From Clostridia bacterium (GTDB taxonomy: Bacteria; Bacillota; Clostridia; Oscillospirales; CAG-272), in assembly GCA_017938425.1 (NCBI GenBank), contig JAGBBQ010000042.1:1-54828 (forward strand): a stretch of 54,828 nt of DNA. Reading direction: 5' to 3'. The position numbers and the translations under genes were made by a program. This document shows, in pieces, positions 8,882 through 17,916 of the stretch. The first letter of the stretch is position 1, and the number at the start of each line of letters is the position of its first letter. The notes below the pieces were generated by a model. The model was not told where the DNA came from. It did no database searches and saw nothing but the letters and a program-made list of their open reading frames with translations.

Positions 8882-10237
8882 ATGAGAAAAATAGAGGTGG
8901 ATTTTTCAAAAACGGTGGGCCCGATCAAGGCGATGCACGCCGTCGGTCAGCCGCCCTTTTACGGTATGGATTTTTCCTATTGCCGTTACCTTGCAGCGGC
9001 GCATATTCCGTATGCAAGACTGCACGATGTCGGCGGTGCGTACGGCAGATCGGTGTTTGTGGATGTCCCGAATATCTTCCGCAATTTCGATGCGGATGAA
9101 AACGATCCCGCCTCGTATGACTTTGCATTTACCGACGTTTTGCTTGCCGAATTAAAAAAACACGGTGTCGATCCATACTTTCGCCTCGGTGTCACGATCG
9201 AGAATTACGCCTCCATCCGCGCCTATCATATCTATCCGCCGAAGGATTTCTCGAAATGGGCGCGTATCTCGGAGCATATCGTCCGTCACTATAACGAGGG
9301 CTGGGCAAACGGCTTTACCTACGGAATTGAATACTGGGAGATCTGGAACGAGCCCGAGGGGCATCCGGACGGCACGGACGCATGTATGTGGCTCGGCACG
9401 CGCGAGGAGTATTTCGAGCTGTACCGCGTGGCCGCCTCGCATCTGAAAAAATGCTTCGGTGACAAAATCAAGATCGGCGGCTACGCCTCCTGCGGCTTCT
9501 CCGCGCTGAAGTATGAGAATGCGCAGCGCGCTCTGCAAACGGGTGACACCCGGGGGCTGACGGAGCGCGAGGCGATCGTTCTGCATCGCCAGACCTATTA
9601 TCTTGCCTTCCTTGCAATGCTGAAGGAGCATAAGCCGCCCATCGACTTCTTCTCCTGGCACAGCTATGAGCCGTTTGAATTTGATCTCGTGCAGCAGGCG
9701 TACGTGGAGAAAACGCTCGCCGAGGCAGGCTACGGCGATATCGAGATCCATCTGAATGAATGGAACACGCATTATAAGACGGACACGCGCGGCACGGCCG
9801 AGGCGGCGGCGCATAGCGCGGCGCTGATGTGCGGTATGCAGAAGACCAAAATGACCGTGATGAACTTCTACGATGCGCGCCTCGGGCATTCGGTCTATGG
9901 CGGTCTTTTCAATCCGCTCACCTTCCGTCCCTTTGCCACCTACGATGCCTTCCTTGCCTTCGGCGCGCTCTATGCGCTCGGCACGGAGGTCGCGGTCACG
10001 GGTGAGGGAAGCGGGATCTACACCACCGCCGCCACCGACGGTGAGGACAAAGCGCTCCTTATCGTCAATACGGGCGCAAGGAAGGAGCTATCCCTAAATC
10101 TTGAGGGCAAGTATCTTGCGTACATCTGCAAGAACGGAAAGCGCATTGTACCCACCGATGCCGATCCCCGATCCTTTGTTTTGAAGAAAAATGAGTTTAT
10201 TTTGTTTGCGACGAAGCCACTCACGATACTTGACTAA
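8882..10237 (+). CDS. GH39-like clan GH-A glycoside hydrolase, paralog 1
   Basis: YARLHD, WEIWNEP (acid/base), DFFSWHSY, LNEWN (nucleophile). No signal peptide. Confidence 0.8.
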   Translation: MRKIEVDFSKTVGPIKAMHAVGQPPFYGMDFSYCRYLAAAHIPYARLHDVGGAYGRSVFVDVPNIFRNFDADENDPASYDFAFTDVLLAELKKHGVDPYFRLGVTIENYASIRAYHIYPPKDFSKWARISEHIVRHYNEGWANGFTYGIEYWEIWNEPEGHPDGTDACMWLGTREEYFELYRVAASHLKKCFGDKIKIGGYASCGFSALKYENAQRALQTGDTRGLTEREAIVLHRQTYYLAFLAMLKEHKPPIDFFSWHSYEPFEFDLVQQAYVEKTLAEAGYGDIEIHLNEWNTHYKTDTRGTAEAAAHSAALMCGMQKTKMTVMNFYDARLGHSVYGGLFNPLTFRPFATYDAFLAFGALYALGTEVAVTGEGSGIYTTAATDGEDKALLIVNTGARKELSLNLEGKYLAYICKNGKRIVPTDADPRSFVLKKNEFILFATKPLTILD

Positions 10238-10254
10238 GAGAAAGGAATAAGAAC

Positions 10255-11592
10255 ATGAAGCTTTCGGTTGATTTTTCAAAAACAGCGGGGCCGATCAAGG
10301 CGATGCACGCCGTCGGTCAGCCGCCCTTCCTCGGAATGAACTTCTCGTATTTTCATTATCTTACCGAGGCGCATATTCCGTATTCACGCCTGCATGATGT
10401 CGGCGGTGCATACGGAAGGAACGTTTTCGTGGATATCCCGAATATCTTCCGTGATTTTGATGCGGACGCGTGCGATCCCGCATCCTACGATTTCACCTTT
10501 ACGGATGCGCTTCTCTCTGCGCTGACGGAAGCGGGCGTGAAGCCCTATTTCCGCCTCGGCGTCACGATCGAGAACTACGCGAAAATGAAAGCGTACCGCG
10601 TGTATCCCCCGAAGGATTTTTCAAAATGGGCGCGTATATGTGAGCACATCATCCGCCACTACAACGAGGGCTGGGCAAACGGCTTCGCCTTCGGGATCGA
10701 ATACTGGGAAATCTGGAATGAGCCGGATAGCGGCCCCGGTGACGTGAGCGAAATGTGGCTCGGCACGAAGGAAGAGTATTTTGCGCTTTATAAGATCACC
10801 GCAAAGCACCTGAAGGATACCTTCGGGGATAAGATAAAGGTCGGCGGCTACGCCGCCTGCGGCCTTTACGCAATGCGAAACGGCGCGCTCGAGGCGGAGG
10901 ATAAGGAGGCACTCTCCTATCACGAAAAGCGCACGCTCTATTGGCACGGCTTCTTCCATTCCTTTATGGAGATGCTGAAAAACGATCGCCCGCCGATGGA
11001 CTTTTTCTCCTACCACAGCTACGATACGGTCGAGAACACCCTGTTCTATCAGAGCTATATCGAAAAGAAGCTTGAAGAGGTCGGCTACGGTCATGTTGAG
11101 ATCCATAATAACGAATGGAATACCCACCACGAGGTTGACACGATGGGCACGAAGGCCGCCGCGGCACACACCGCCGCAATGATGTGTGCCATGCAGAAAA
11201 CGAAGCTGCATATGCTGATGTACTACGATGCGCGCATCGGCTGCTCGTTCTACAGCGGTATGTTCGATCCGAGATGGAGAAGGCCGTTCGTGACCTACGA
11301 TGCCTTCCTTGCCTTCGGTACGCTCTACGCGCTCGGCACGGAGGTTGAGGTGAAGGGCGCGGCAGACGGTCTTTACGCCGTCGCCGCCACGGACGGTGGG
11401 GACAGAGCGATCCTGCTTGCCAATATCGGTGAGGAGAGGGAGATAAGCCTTCCCCTTGACGGAAACTATTACGCTTACGCCGTTACCGACGATACGCGCA
11501 TGAAGCCTGTGACGCTTGATCCGAAGGGCTTCACAATAGAGAAGGAAGCATTCGTGCTCCTCACCACAAAAGAAATTGAAATTCCACAGTGA
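10255..11592 (+). CDS. GH39-like glycoside hydrolase, paralog 2
   Basis: Same motifs (YSRLHD, WEIWNEP, DFFSYHSY, NNEWN). Confidence 0.8.
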   Translation: MKLSVDFSKTAGPIKAMHAVGQPPFLGMNFSYFHYLTEAHIPYSRLHDVGGAYGRNVFVDIPNIFRDFDADACDPASYDFTFTDALLSALTEAGVKPYFRLGVTIENYAKMKAYRVYPPKDFSKWARICEHIIRHYNEGWANGFAFGIEYWEIWNEPDSGPGDVSEMWLGTKEEYFALYKITAKHLKDTFGDKIKVGGYAACGLYAMRNGALEAEDKEALSYHEKRTLYWHGFFHSFMEMLKNDRPPMDFFSYHSYDTVENTLFYQSYIEKKLEEVGYGHVEIHNNEWNTHHEVDTMGTKAAAAHTAAMMCAMQKTKLHMLMYYDARIGCSFYSGMFDPRWRRPFVTYDAFLAFGTLYALGTEVEVKGAADGLYAVAATDGGDRAILLANIGEEREISLPLDGNYYAYAVTDDTRMKPVTLDPKGFTIEKEAFVLLTTKEIEIPQ

Positions 11593-11607
11593 TAAAAGGA
11601 GATAAAA

Positions 11608-12957
11608 ATGAAGCTTACGGTTGATTTTTCGAATGCAATCGGCAAGATCAAGGCGATGCACGCCGTTGGTCAGCCGCCATTTTTTGGAATGAACTTCTCG
11701 TATTTTCATTACCTTACCGAGGCGCATATTCCGTATGCAAGACTGCACGATGTGGGCGGTGCGTACGGCGGATCGGTTTTCGTGGATATCCCAAACCTTT
11801 TTCGCGATTTCGATGCGGATGAAAACGATCCCGCTTCCTACGATTTTGCGTTCACGGATGTTCTGCTCTCCGAGCTGACAAAGGCGGGTGTGAAGCCCTA
11901 TTTCCGCCTCGGTGTTACGATTGAAAACTATCCGCACATCCGTGCATATCGCATTTATCCGCCGAAGGATGCCGCAAAATGGGCGCGTATCTGCGAGCAT
12001 GTGATCCGCCACTATAACGAGGGGTGGGCGAATGGCTTTGCATACGGCATTGAATACTGGGAGATCTGGAACGAGCCGGATAGCAAGACCGAACGCGGCT
12101 CGATGATGTGGCTCGGCACTGAGGAGGAGTATTATCGTCTGTACGCCGTGACGGCGAAGCATCTGAAAAAGTGCTTCGGTGACCGTATCAAGGTCGGCGG
12201 CTTTGCCTCCTGCGGCTTCTACGCGCTTACCGACACAAACGCAAAGCGTGCCTTGGAGAGCGGCAATACCGAGGGGCTTTCGGATTATGAAAAGAACATC
12301 ATTTATTTCAAGAAGTACTTCGAGGATTTCCTCCTTTATATAAAGAAGGAAAACGCGCCGATCGACTTCTTCTCCTGGCATAGCTACGATCCCGTTGGAA
12401 ACACTCTCATCCATCAGGCATACGTGGAAAAAACGCTTGCTGATGCAGGCTACGGTGATATCGAGATCCATCTGAACGAATGGAACACGCATCACTCGGT
12501 AAAGGAGATGGGAACAGCGGCCGCCGCCGCATCCTCTGCCGCAATGATGTGTGCGATGCAGGATACGAAAATGGCGGTGATGAACTTCTACGATGCGCGC
12601 CTCGGTCTTTCCGACTATTGCGGTCTGTTCGATCCGAGGTGGAGAAGGCCGTTCGTGACCTACGATGCCTTCCTTGCCTTCGGTACGCTCTATGCGCTCG
12701 GCACGGAGGTCGAGCTTCAGGGCGCGGGCGATGGGCTTTACGCCGTCGCCGCCACCGACGGTAAGGACAGAGCGATCCTGCTTGCCAATATCGGCGAGGA
12801 GAGGGAGATAAGCCTTCCCCTTGACGGAAATTATTACGCCTACGCCGCGTGCGACGATACGCGTATGAAGAGCGCGGCGCTCGATCTCTCCTGCTTTAAA
12901 ATGAAAAAGGATACGGTCGTCTTTCTCTCAACGAAGGCGCTTGCGATCCCGGAATGA
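11608..12957 (+). CDS. GH39-like glycoside hydrolase, paralog 3
   Basis: Same motifs (YARLHD, WEIWNEP, DFFSWHSY, LNEWN). Confidence 0.8.
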   Translation: MKLTVDFSNAIGKIKAMHAVGQPPFFGMNFSYFHYLTEAHIPYARLHDVGGAYGGSVFVDIPNLFRDFDADENDPASYDFAFTDVLLSELTKAGVKPYFRLGVTIENYPHIRAYRIYPPKDAAKWARICEHVIRHYNEGWANGFAYGIEYWEIWNEPDSKTERGSMMWLGTEEEYYRLYAVTAKHLKKCFGDRIKVGGFASCGFYALTDTNAKRALESGNTEGLSDYEKNIIYFKKYFEDFLLYIKKENAPIDFFSWHSYDPVGNTLIHQAYVEKTLADAGYGDIEIHLNEWNTHHSVKEMGTAAAAASSAAMMCAMQDTKMAVMNFYDARLGLSDYCGLFDPRWRRPFVTYDAFLAFGTLYALGTEVELQGAGDGLYAVAATDGKDRAILLANIGEEREISLPLDGNYYAYAACDDTRMKSAALDLSCFKMKKDTVVFLSTKALAIPE

Positions 12958-12958
12958 T

Positions 12959-12992
12959 AAAAAAGCCGTTTGGGAAACCAAACGGCTTTTTT
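12959..12992. terminator. Bidirectional terminator
   Basis: AAAAAAGCCGTTTGG-GAAA-CCAAACGGCTTTTTT between convergent genes. Confidence 0.88.
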
Positions 12993-13023
12993 GCAAACAA
13001 CTATATTCAAAAAGACAAGATTA

Positions 13024-13959
13024 TTATTCAAAATCCTTGCGAAGAAGCGCAAGCGCTTTCTCGAAATTTTCGGGAAGCGGACATTCGAAAGAAACACGCT
13101 CGCCGCTGGTCGGATGCGTAAAGGAGAGCCTTTTTGCGTGCAGTGCCTGCCCGTCAAAAAGATTTTTGTGCGCCTTTTCAAAGCGCGTTTTCCCGCCGCC
13201 GTACACCTCGTCTCCGAGCAAAGCGTGCCCGAGAGAGGCCATATGCACGCGGATCTGGTGCGTGCGCCCGGTCTCCAGATTCAGCTTCAGGTAAGAGACC
13301 TCGCCGAAGCGCTCAATGACCTCGTAGTGCGTCACGGCGTCTCTTGCACCCGGTGCGCCCTCGGGCAGGATCGCCATTTTCTTGCGGTCCACGGGATGGC
13401 GCCCGATCCATTTGCTCACGGTGCCAAGGTCCTCGCGAAAGCCGCCCGTCACGAGTGCGTGATATTCTCTTACGATGCGATGCCCCTCGAGCTGCTCTGC
13501 GAGCGCGCGGTGCGCAAGATCGTTCTTTGCCACCACCAAAAGCCCGCTCGTGTCCTTATCGATGCGGTGCACGATGCCGGGGCGGATCTCGCCGCCGATG
13601 CCCGAAAGCTCGCCCTCGCAATGGTAGAGCAGGGCGTTGACGAGCGTACCCTCGTAGTTGCCGGGCGCGGGATGCACCACCATACCCGAGGGCTTGTTGA
13701 TCACAATGATATCCTTATCTTCAAAAACCACGTCAAGAGGGATGTTCTCGGGCTTGGCCTCGGTCGGCACCGCCTCGGGAAGCGTAACGCAGATCACGTC
13801 GCCTGCGCGCACGGCATATTTTTTGCCCTGCACCTTACCGCATACGGTCACCGCCCCCTCCTCGCAGAGCCTTGCGGCGGCACTGCGGGAAAGCTCGGTG
13901 CATGCCGCGAGATAGGAATCCAGGCGCTCGCCTGCCATATCCTTCACGGTGAGCTCCAT
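13024..13959 (-). CDS. rluD: RluD-type 23S rRNA pseudouridine synthase
   Basis: S4-like N-terminus (RLDSYLA), RPGIVHRIDKDTSG, ETGRTHQIRVH. Follows lspA, as is usual in Firmicutes. Confidence 0.88.
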   Translation of the reverse strand: MELTVKDMAGERLDSYLAACTELSRSAAARLCEEGAVTVCGKVQGKKYAVRAGDVICVTLPEAVPTEAKPENIPLDVVFEDKDIIVINKPSGMVVHPAPGNYEGTLVNALLYHCEGELSGIGGEIRPGIVHRIDKDTSGLLVVAKNDLAHRALAEQLEGHRIVREYHALVTGGFREDLGTVSKWIGRHPVDRKKMAILPEGAPGARDAVTHYEVIERFGEVSYLKLNLETGRTHQIRVHMASLGHALLGDEVYGGGKTRFEKAHKNLFDGQALHAKRLSFTHPTSGERVSFECPLPENFEKALALLRKDFE

Positions 13960-13960
13960 A

Positions 13961-14470
13961 TCAGCGCTTTTCCTTTCCCTCACGGATGACCTCCAGCACG
14001 AGCGAGAGGATGAGAAGCCCCGCACCCACGCAAACGAAGGAGTCCGCGCCGTTGAAGATCGCGAAGTTGATCAGTCGGAAATCGATGAAGTCCACCACGT
14101 AGCCGAGCGCCACGCGGTCGATCATGTTACCGATGCCGCCCGAGATGAGCATCGAGAGCGCGATGCCCGCGAGCCTTCCCTCGGAGAGCCCCGAGAAAAG
14201 ATAGAAGATCATCGCCGCGATGGCAACCGTCGAGATGATAAGAAATACCCAGCGGTTGTTTGCGAGCATACCGAAGGCGGCGCCCGTGTTTTCCGCATAG
14301 GTCAGATGCAGGGCGTCCTTGATGATCGGCACGGTGTAAAGCGGGTCCTCGGGCGGCGGCATAAGGTAGCGGACCGCCAACCATTTCGTCAGCTGATCGA
14401 GCAGGATGCCGACCGCAACGATGCCGATATACAGAAGGTATTCAAAGATTGAAAGCTTTCTAAATTTCAT
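13961..14470 (-). CDS. lspA: Lipoprotein signal peptidase II
   Basis: DQLTK, NTGAAFG, GNMIDR, VVDFI and FNGAD. Confidence 0.96.
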   Translation of the reverse strand: MKFRKLSIFEYLLYIGIVAVGILLDQLTKWLAVRYLMPPPEDPLYTVPIIKDALHLTYAENTGAAFGMLANNRWVFLIISTVAIAAMIFYLFSGLSEGRLAGIALSMLISGGIGNMIDRVALGYVVDFIDFRLINFAIFNGADSFVCVGAGLLILSLVLEVIREGKEKR

Positions 14471-14548
14471 ATTTATCCTTTAAGTGAAGAACGGTCGGGA
14501 CGATGCGAGAGGTCCCGGCCGTTCTTTTGTGTTTATGCGCGTGAGGCC

Positions 14549-14821
14549 TTAAACCGCGGGGAGAAAAAGCCGCACGGAATAGATCAGAATATATGCCAGA
14601 GAAAAGGCCCAGTCGATCGGCGAGTCCTGCCCGATATTCAGCTTATAAAGCAGCGCGCGCACGGGGATAACGAAGGGCTCCGTCACCAGCGTAACGAAGG
14701 CTGCGACGCGGCTGTCCTGCATAGAGGGGAAGAAGGAAAGCACCATCCGCACCAGCATACAGAAGGTGACGGCCGAAAGCAGCAGGGAAATGCATCTTGC
14801 AAAAACGATCAGTATGCCCAA
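14549..14821 (-). CDS. ylmG: YggT/YlmG membrane protein
   Basis: VTEPFVIPVR and ID motifs; lies directly after sepF. Confidence 0.82.
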   Translation of the reverse strand: MGILIVFARCISLLLSAVTFCMLVRMVLSFFPSMQDSRVAAFVTLVTEPFVIPVRALLYKLNIGQDSPIDWAFSLAYILIYSVRLFLPAV

Positions 14822-14859
14822 TATAGGTACACCTCTTTAAAAAAATTCCGAGCGACGCG

Positions 14860-15255
14860 TCAGGCATCCTCGCCGGTCACGTCCACGTTATGGGGGGTGA
14901 TGATATACGTGCCCTGTGCCACCTGCTTGATGTCGCCGCCGGTGGAGTAGGTAACGCCGTTGAGGAAGTCGAGCATACGAAGGGTGTTCGCAGGATCGAA
15001 GAGCTCAAGATTCAGAATGACGGTGCAGCCGTCGAGAAGGTAATCCGCAATGTCGCTCACCTCGGAGAAGGACTCGGGGTGCACGACCTTCAGCTCGATA
15101 TTGCTGTCCTTGCCCGCAGAGGTGCTCTTGATCGCCTTCGGCTCCTCGATGGGTGCCGCCTTGGGTGCGGCCGTGGTCTGCTCAAAGCTCTTGAAGGAGA
15201 TCTCCTCCTGCTCGGCAGTTTTTTGCTTCAGCTTGTCAGCCCATTTTTCAAACAT
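14860..15255 (-). CDS. sepF: Cell division protein SepF
   Basis: VILNLE...RMLDFLNG...YIITPHNVDV. Confidence 0.92.
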   Translation of the reverse strand: MFEKWADKLKQKTAEQEEISFKSFEQTTAAPKAAPIEEPKAIKSTSAGKDSNIELKVVHPESFSEVSDIADYLLDGCTVILNLELFDPANTLRMLDFLNGVTYSTGGDIKQVAQGTYIITPHNVDVTGEDA

Positions 15256-15269
15256 GTTTTTATTCTCCT

Positions 15270-15971
15270 TTACTTTTTAAACAGACGCCGTCCGACGCGC
15301 ACGAGGGTTGCCCCCTCCTCGATCGCGGTCACGTAGCTGTCGCTCATTCCCATAGAGAGAATGGGCGATGCGGTCGCGTAACCGAACCTTTGGCCGACGG
15401 TGTCGAAAATTTTCTTGGTTTCTCTGAAGTAGGGGCGATATTCCTCGCTCGTCTCGAGGTTTGGCCCCATGGTCATCACGCCGCAGAGCGCAAGACCGTC
15501 AAAGGCGCGGAGCGCTTCGCAAAAGGCGAGTGCGTCCTCGGGGAGGATGCCGCCCTTATTTTCCTCTCTGCCGCTGTTGATCTCGATCAGCACGGGAAGC
15601 CGTCTTCCGAGCTTTTTCGCCTGCTTGTCGATCTCCTTGGCAAGAGAGAGAGAATCGAGCGAATGGATCAGAGTGCATTTATCCGCGATCAGCTTCACCT
15701 TATTGGTCTGCAGATTGCCGATCTCGTGCATCGCCGTTTCAAAGCCGTTTTCCGTAAGAAGCGCCTTTCTTCGCGCCGCCTCCTGCGGTCGGTTCTCGCC
15801 CATATCGGTCGCGCCGAAGTGTGCAAGCGCGAGCAGCTCCTCGTCCGAGCCGCTCTTCGTAACGCAGACGAGCGTCACGGGCGGGCGCCCGAGGGAAGCC
15901 GCCAGAGCATCGATCTCACCCCTCAGCTCCTCGTAATTCTTTTTTATATACAGATATTCGTCGTAATTCAC
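15270..15971 (-). CDS. yggS: PLP homeostasis protein YggS/YlmE
   Basis: VCVTK, GENRPQE, HEIGNLQTNK and SMGMSDSY...GATLVRVGR. Confidence 0.94.
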   Translation of the reverse strand: MNYDEYLYIKKNYEELRGEIDALAASLGRPPVTLVCVTKSGSDEELLALAHFGATDMGENRPQEAARRKALLTENGFETAMHEIGNLQTNKVKLIADKCTLIHSLDSLSLAKEIDKQAKKLGRRLPVLIEINSGREENKGGILPEDALAFCEALRAFDGLALCGVMTMGPNLETSEEYRPYFRETKKIFDTVGQRFGYATASPILSMGMSDSYVTAIEEGATLVRVGRRLFKK

Positions 15972-16168
15972 GGTAGGTTGCCTCGCGTAGAAAGAATGTT
16001 TGGAAGAGTATTATCATTATACCATATCCTCGCGGATAAAAGCAAGACCTAATATAAAATATTTTTTAAATAGCAATAAAAAAATAAATCTCTATGCAAG
16101 ACCTTGATTTTGTACGAAGAATATGTTATAATACGGAGAGTAAAAAACTTCGGAAAGAGAGATTTCGG

Positions 16169-16576
16169 ATGCAGGAAGGGATCGTGGGCGCCAATCTGCC
16201 CTCGGGGGCGGCTTTGGCGTATCTTGGGGATGCCTGGTATTCCCTCTATGTGCGCCGCCTTTTGATCGGGCAGGGCATAGAAAAGCCGGGAGAGCTGAAC
16301 GAGAGGGCGCTTTCCTTCGTTACGGCGAAAAAACAGGCCGCGCGTGTGCGCAGGCTTCTTCCGCTTCTCACCGAAGCAGAGTCGGGCGTGTTCCGCCGTG
16401 CGGCGAACGCCTCGCATCCGCATCGCCCGAAGGGCGCCACCGCGGCAGACTATCGGTATGCCACGGGCTTTGAGGCGCTGATCGGCATGCTCTTTTATCT
16501 GAAGGACGAAGAGAGGCTTCTCTATCTGATGGAAGAGGCCCATAAGGAGGACGAAGAAAATGATTCAGAAGATTAA
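16169..16576 (+). CDS. mrnC: Mini-ribonuclease III
   Basis: LAYLGDA and YRYATGFEALIG. Confidence 0.9.
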   Translation: MQEGIVGANLPSGAALAYLGDAWYSLYVRRLLIGQGIEKPGELNERALSFVTAKKQAARVRRLLPLLTEAESGVFRRAANASHPHRPKGATAADYRYATGFEALIGMLFYLKDEERLLYLMEEAHKEDEENDSED

Positions 16577-17804
16577 AGGAACGATGGACCTCTTTCCCGA
16601 GGAGACCGTGCTTTTCCGCTATATGGAGGGTATTATGCGCGAGGAGGCCGCACGCTACGGCTTCGGCGAGATCCGCACCCCCACCTTTGAGAATACCGAG
16701 CTCTTCGTGCGCGGCGTCGGCGATACGACGGACGTTGTGCAGAAGGAGATGTATACCTTTGCGGACAGAGACGAGAATCGCTCGATCTCTCTTCGCCCCG
16801 AGGGAACGGCGTCGGTCGCGCGTGCGCTGATCGAGAACGGTCGCTACAGCGAGACGATGCCTCTTAAGTATTACTACATCATCTCCTGCTTCCGCCACGA
16901 GAAGCCCCAGGCAGGCCGCAGCCGCGAGTTCTTCCAGTTCGGCACGGAGATGTTCGGCTCGGATAGCCCCGCCGCGGATGCCACGGTCATCTCGCTTGCC
17001 GCCTCGGTGCTTCGCCGCCTCGGCCTCAAGAACGTGAAGCTGCACATCAATTCCATCGGCTGCCCCGACTGCCGTCCCGGCTACCGTGCGGCGCTCGTGG
17101 ATTATTATACCGCGCACAAGGGCGAGATCTGCGATACCTGTAAGGATCGGTTGGATAAGAACCCTCTGCGCCTGCTTGACTGTAAGAATCCCCCCTGTGC
17201 CGCTCTCGCGAAGAAGGCGCCCCGCACGGTGGATCATCTTTGCGAGGCGTGCGAGCGTAAGTTTAAGACGCTGACCGCCGCGCTCGATAAGATGGACGTT
17301 CCCTACGAGATCGATTCGGGCATCGTAAGAGGCCTTGATTATTATACCGGCACGGTATTCGAGTTCATAGCCGAGGGCATCGGCGCGCAGTCCACGGTCT
17401 GCGGCGGCGGCCGCTACAACGGGCTCGTGGAGTCCATCGGCGGTCCCTCTCTGCCCGGTATCGGCTTCGGTATGGGCATCACGCGCGTGCTGCTTGCTAT
17501 GAAGGAGCAGGGGCTGGATAAGGAGATCGTAGCCGAAGCACCCCGTCTTTATATCGCGGCGCTCGGCGAGGCCGCCTCCGTGGAGGCGATGGCGATCACC
17601 GAAAGGCTGCGCAGAGCGGGCGTTTATTGCGAGTGCGACGTGGTCGGCAGAAGCCTGAAGGCGCAGATGAAGTATGCCAATAAGATCGGCGCAGAGTATA
17701 CGCTGATCCTCGGTGATAGCGAGATCGAGTGCGGCAAGGCGCAGCTCCGTAATATGAAGGACGGAACGCAGACCGAGGTCGAGCTTGCATCGTTCACCAT
17801 CTGA
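16560..17804 (+). CDS. hisS: Histidine--tRNA ligase
   Basis: LRPEGTA, FRHEKPQAGRSREF, VRGLDYYT and GGGRY. Confidence 0.97.
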   Translation: MIQKIKGTMDLFPEETVLFRYMEGIMREEAARYGFGEIRTPTFENTELFVRGVGDTTDVVQKEMYTFADRDENRSISLRPEGTASVARALIENGRYSETMPLKYYYIISCFRHEKPQAGRSREFFQFGTEMFGSDSPAADATVISLAASVLRRLGLKNVKLHINSIGCPDCRPGYRAALVDYYTAHKGEICDTCKDRLDKNPLRLLDCKNPPCAALAKKAPRTVDHLCEACERKFKTLTAALDKMDVPYEIDSGIVRGLDYYTGTVFEFIAEGIGAQSTVCGGGRYNGLVESIGGPSLPGIGFGMGITRVLLAMKEQGLDKEIVAEAPRLYIAALGEAASVEAMAITERLRRAGVYCECDVVGRSLKAQMKYANKIGAEYTLILGDSEIECGKAQLRNMKDGTQTEVELASFTI

Positions 17805-17916
17805 ATGAAAACATTTGTTTGCAAATAAAAGAAAGAAGCCGCCCGTGAGTTCTCTCTCGGACGGTTTCTGTCCCTAAATAATACGTTTGTTTTTTTGTTC
17901 CGAAAGGAGATGCTTT

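Noticed and set aside
8882-12957. Diversity-generating retroelement behind the near-identical GH segments
   Set aside because: There is no reverse transcriptase, and the differences are mostly synonymous C/T changes rather than adenine-specific.
17809-17820. SOS-box-like AAAC-N4-GTTT (also at 30876 and 47653)
   Set aside because: Two mismatches to GAAC-N4-GTTC, one copy lies inside a CDS, and none clearly overlaps a promoter.
17901-17916. 16-bp CGAAAGGAGATGCTTT repeated at 38731
   Set aside because: Both copies include the Shine-Dalgarno sequence, so convergence is more likely than an att site.
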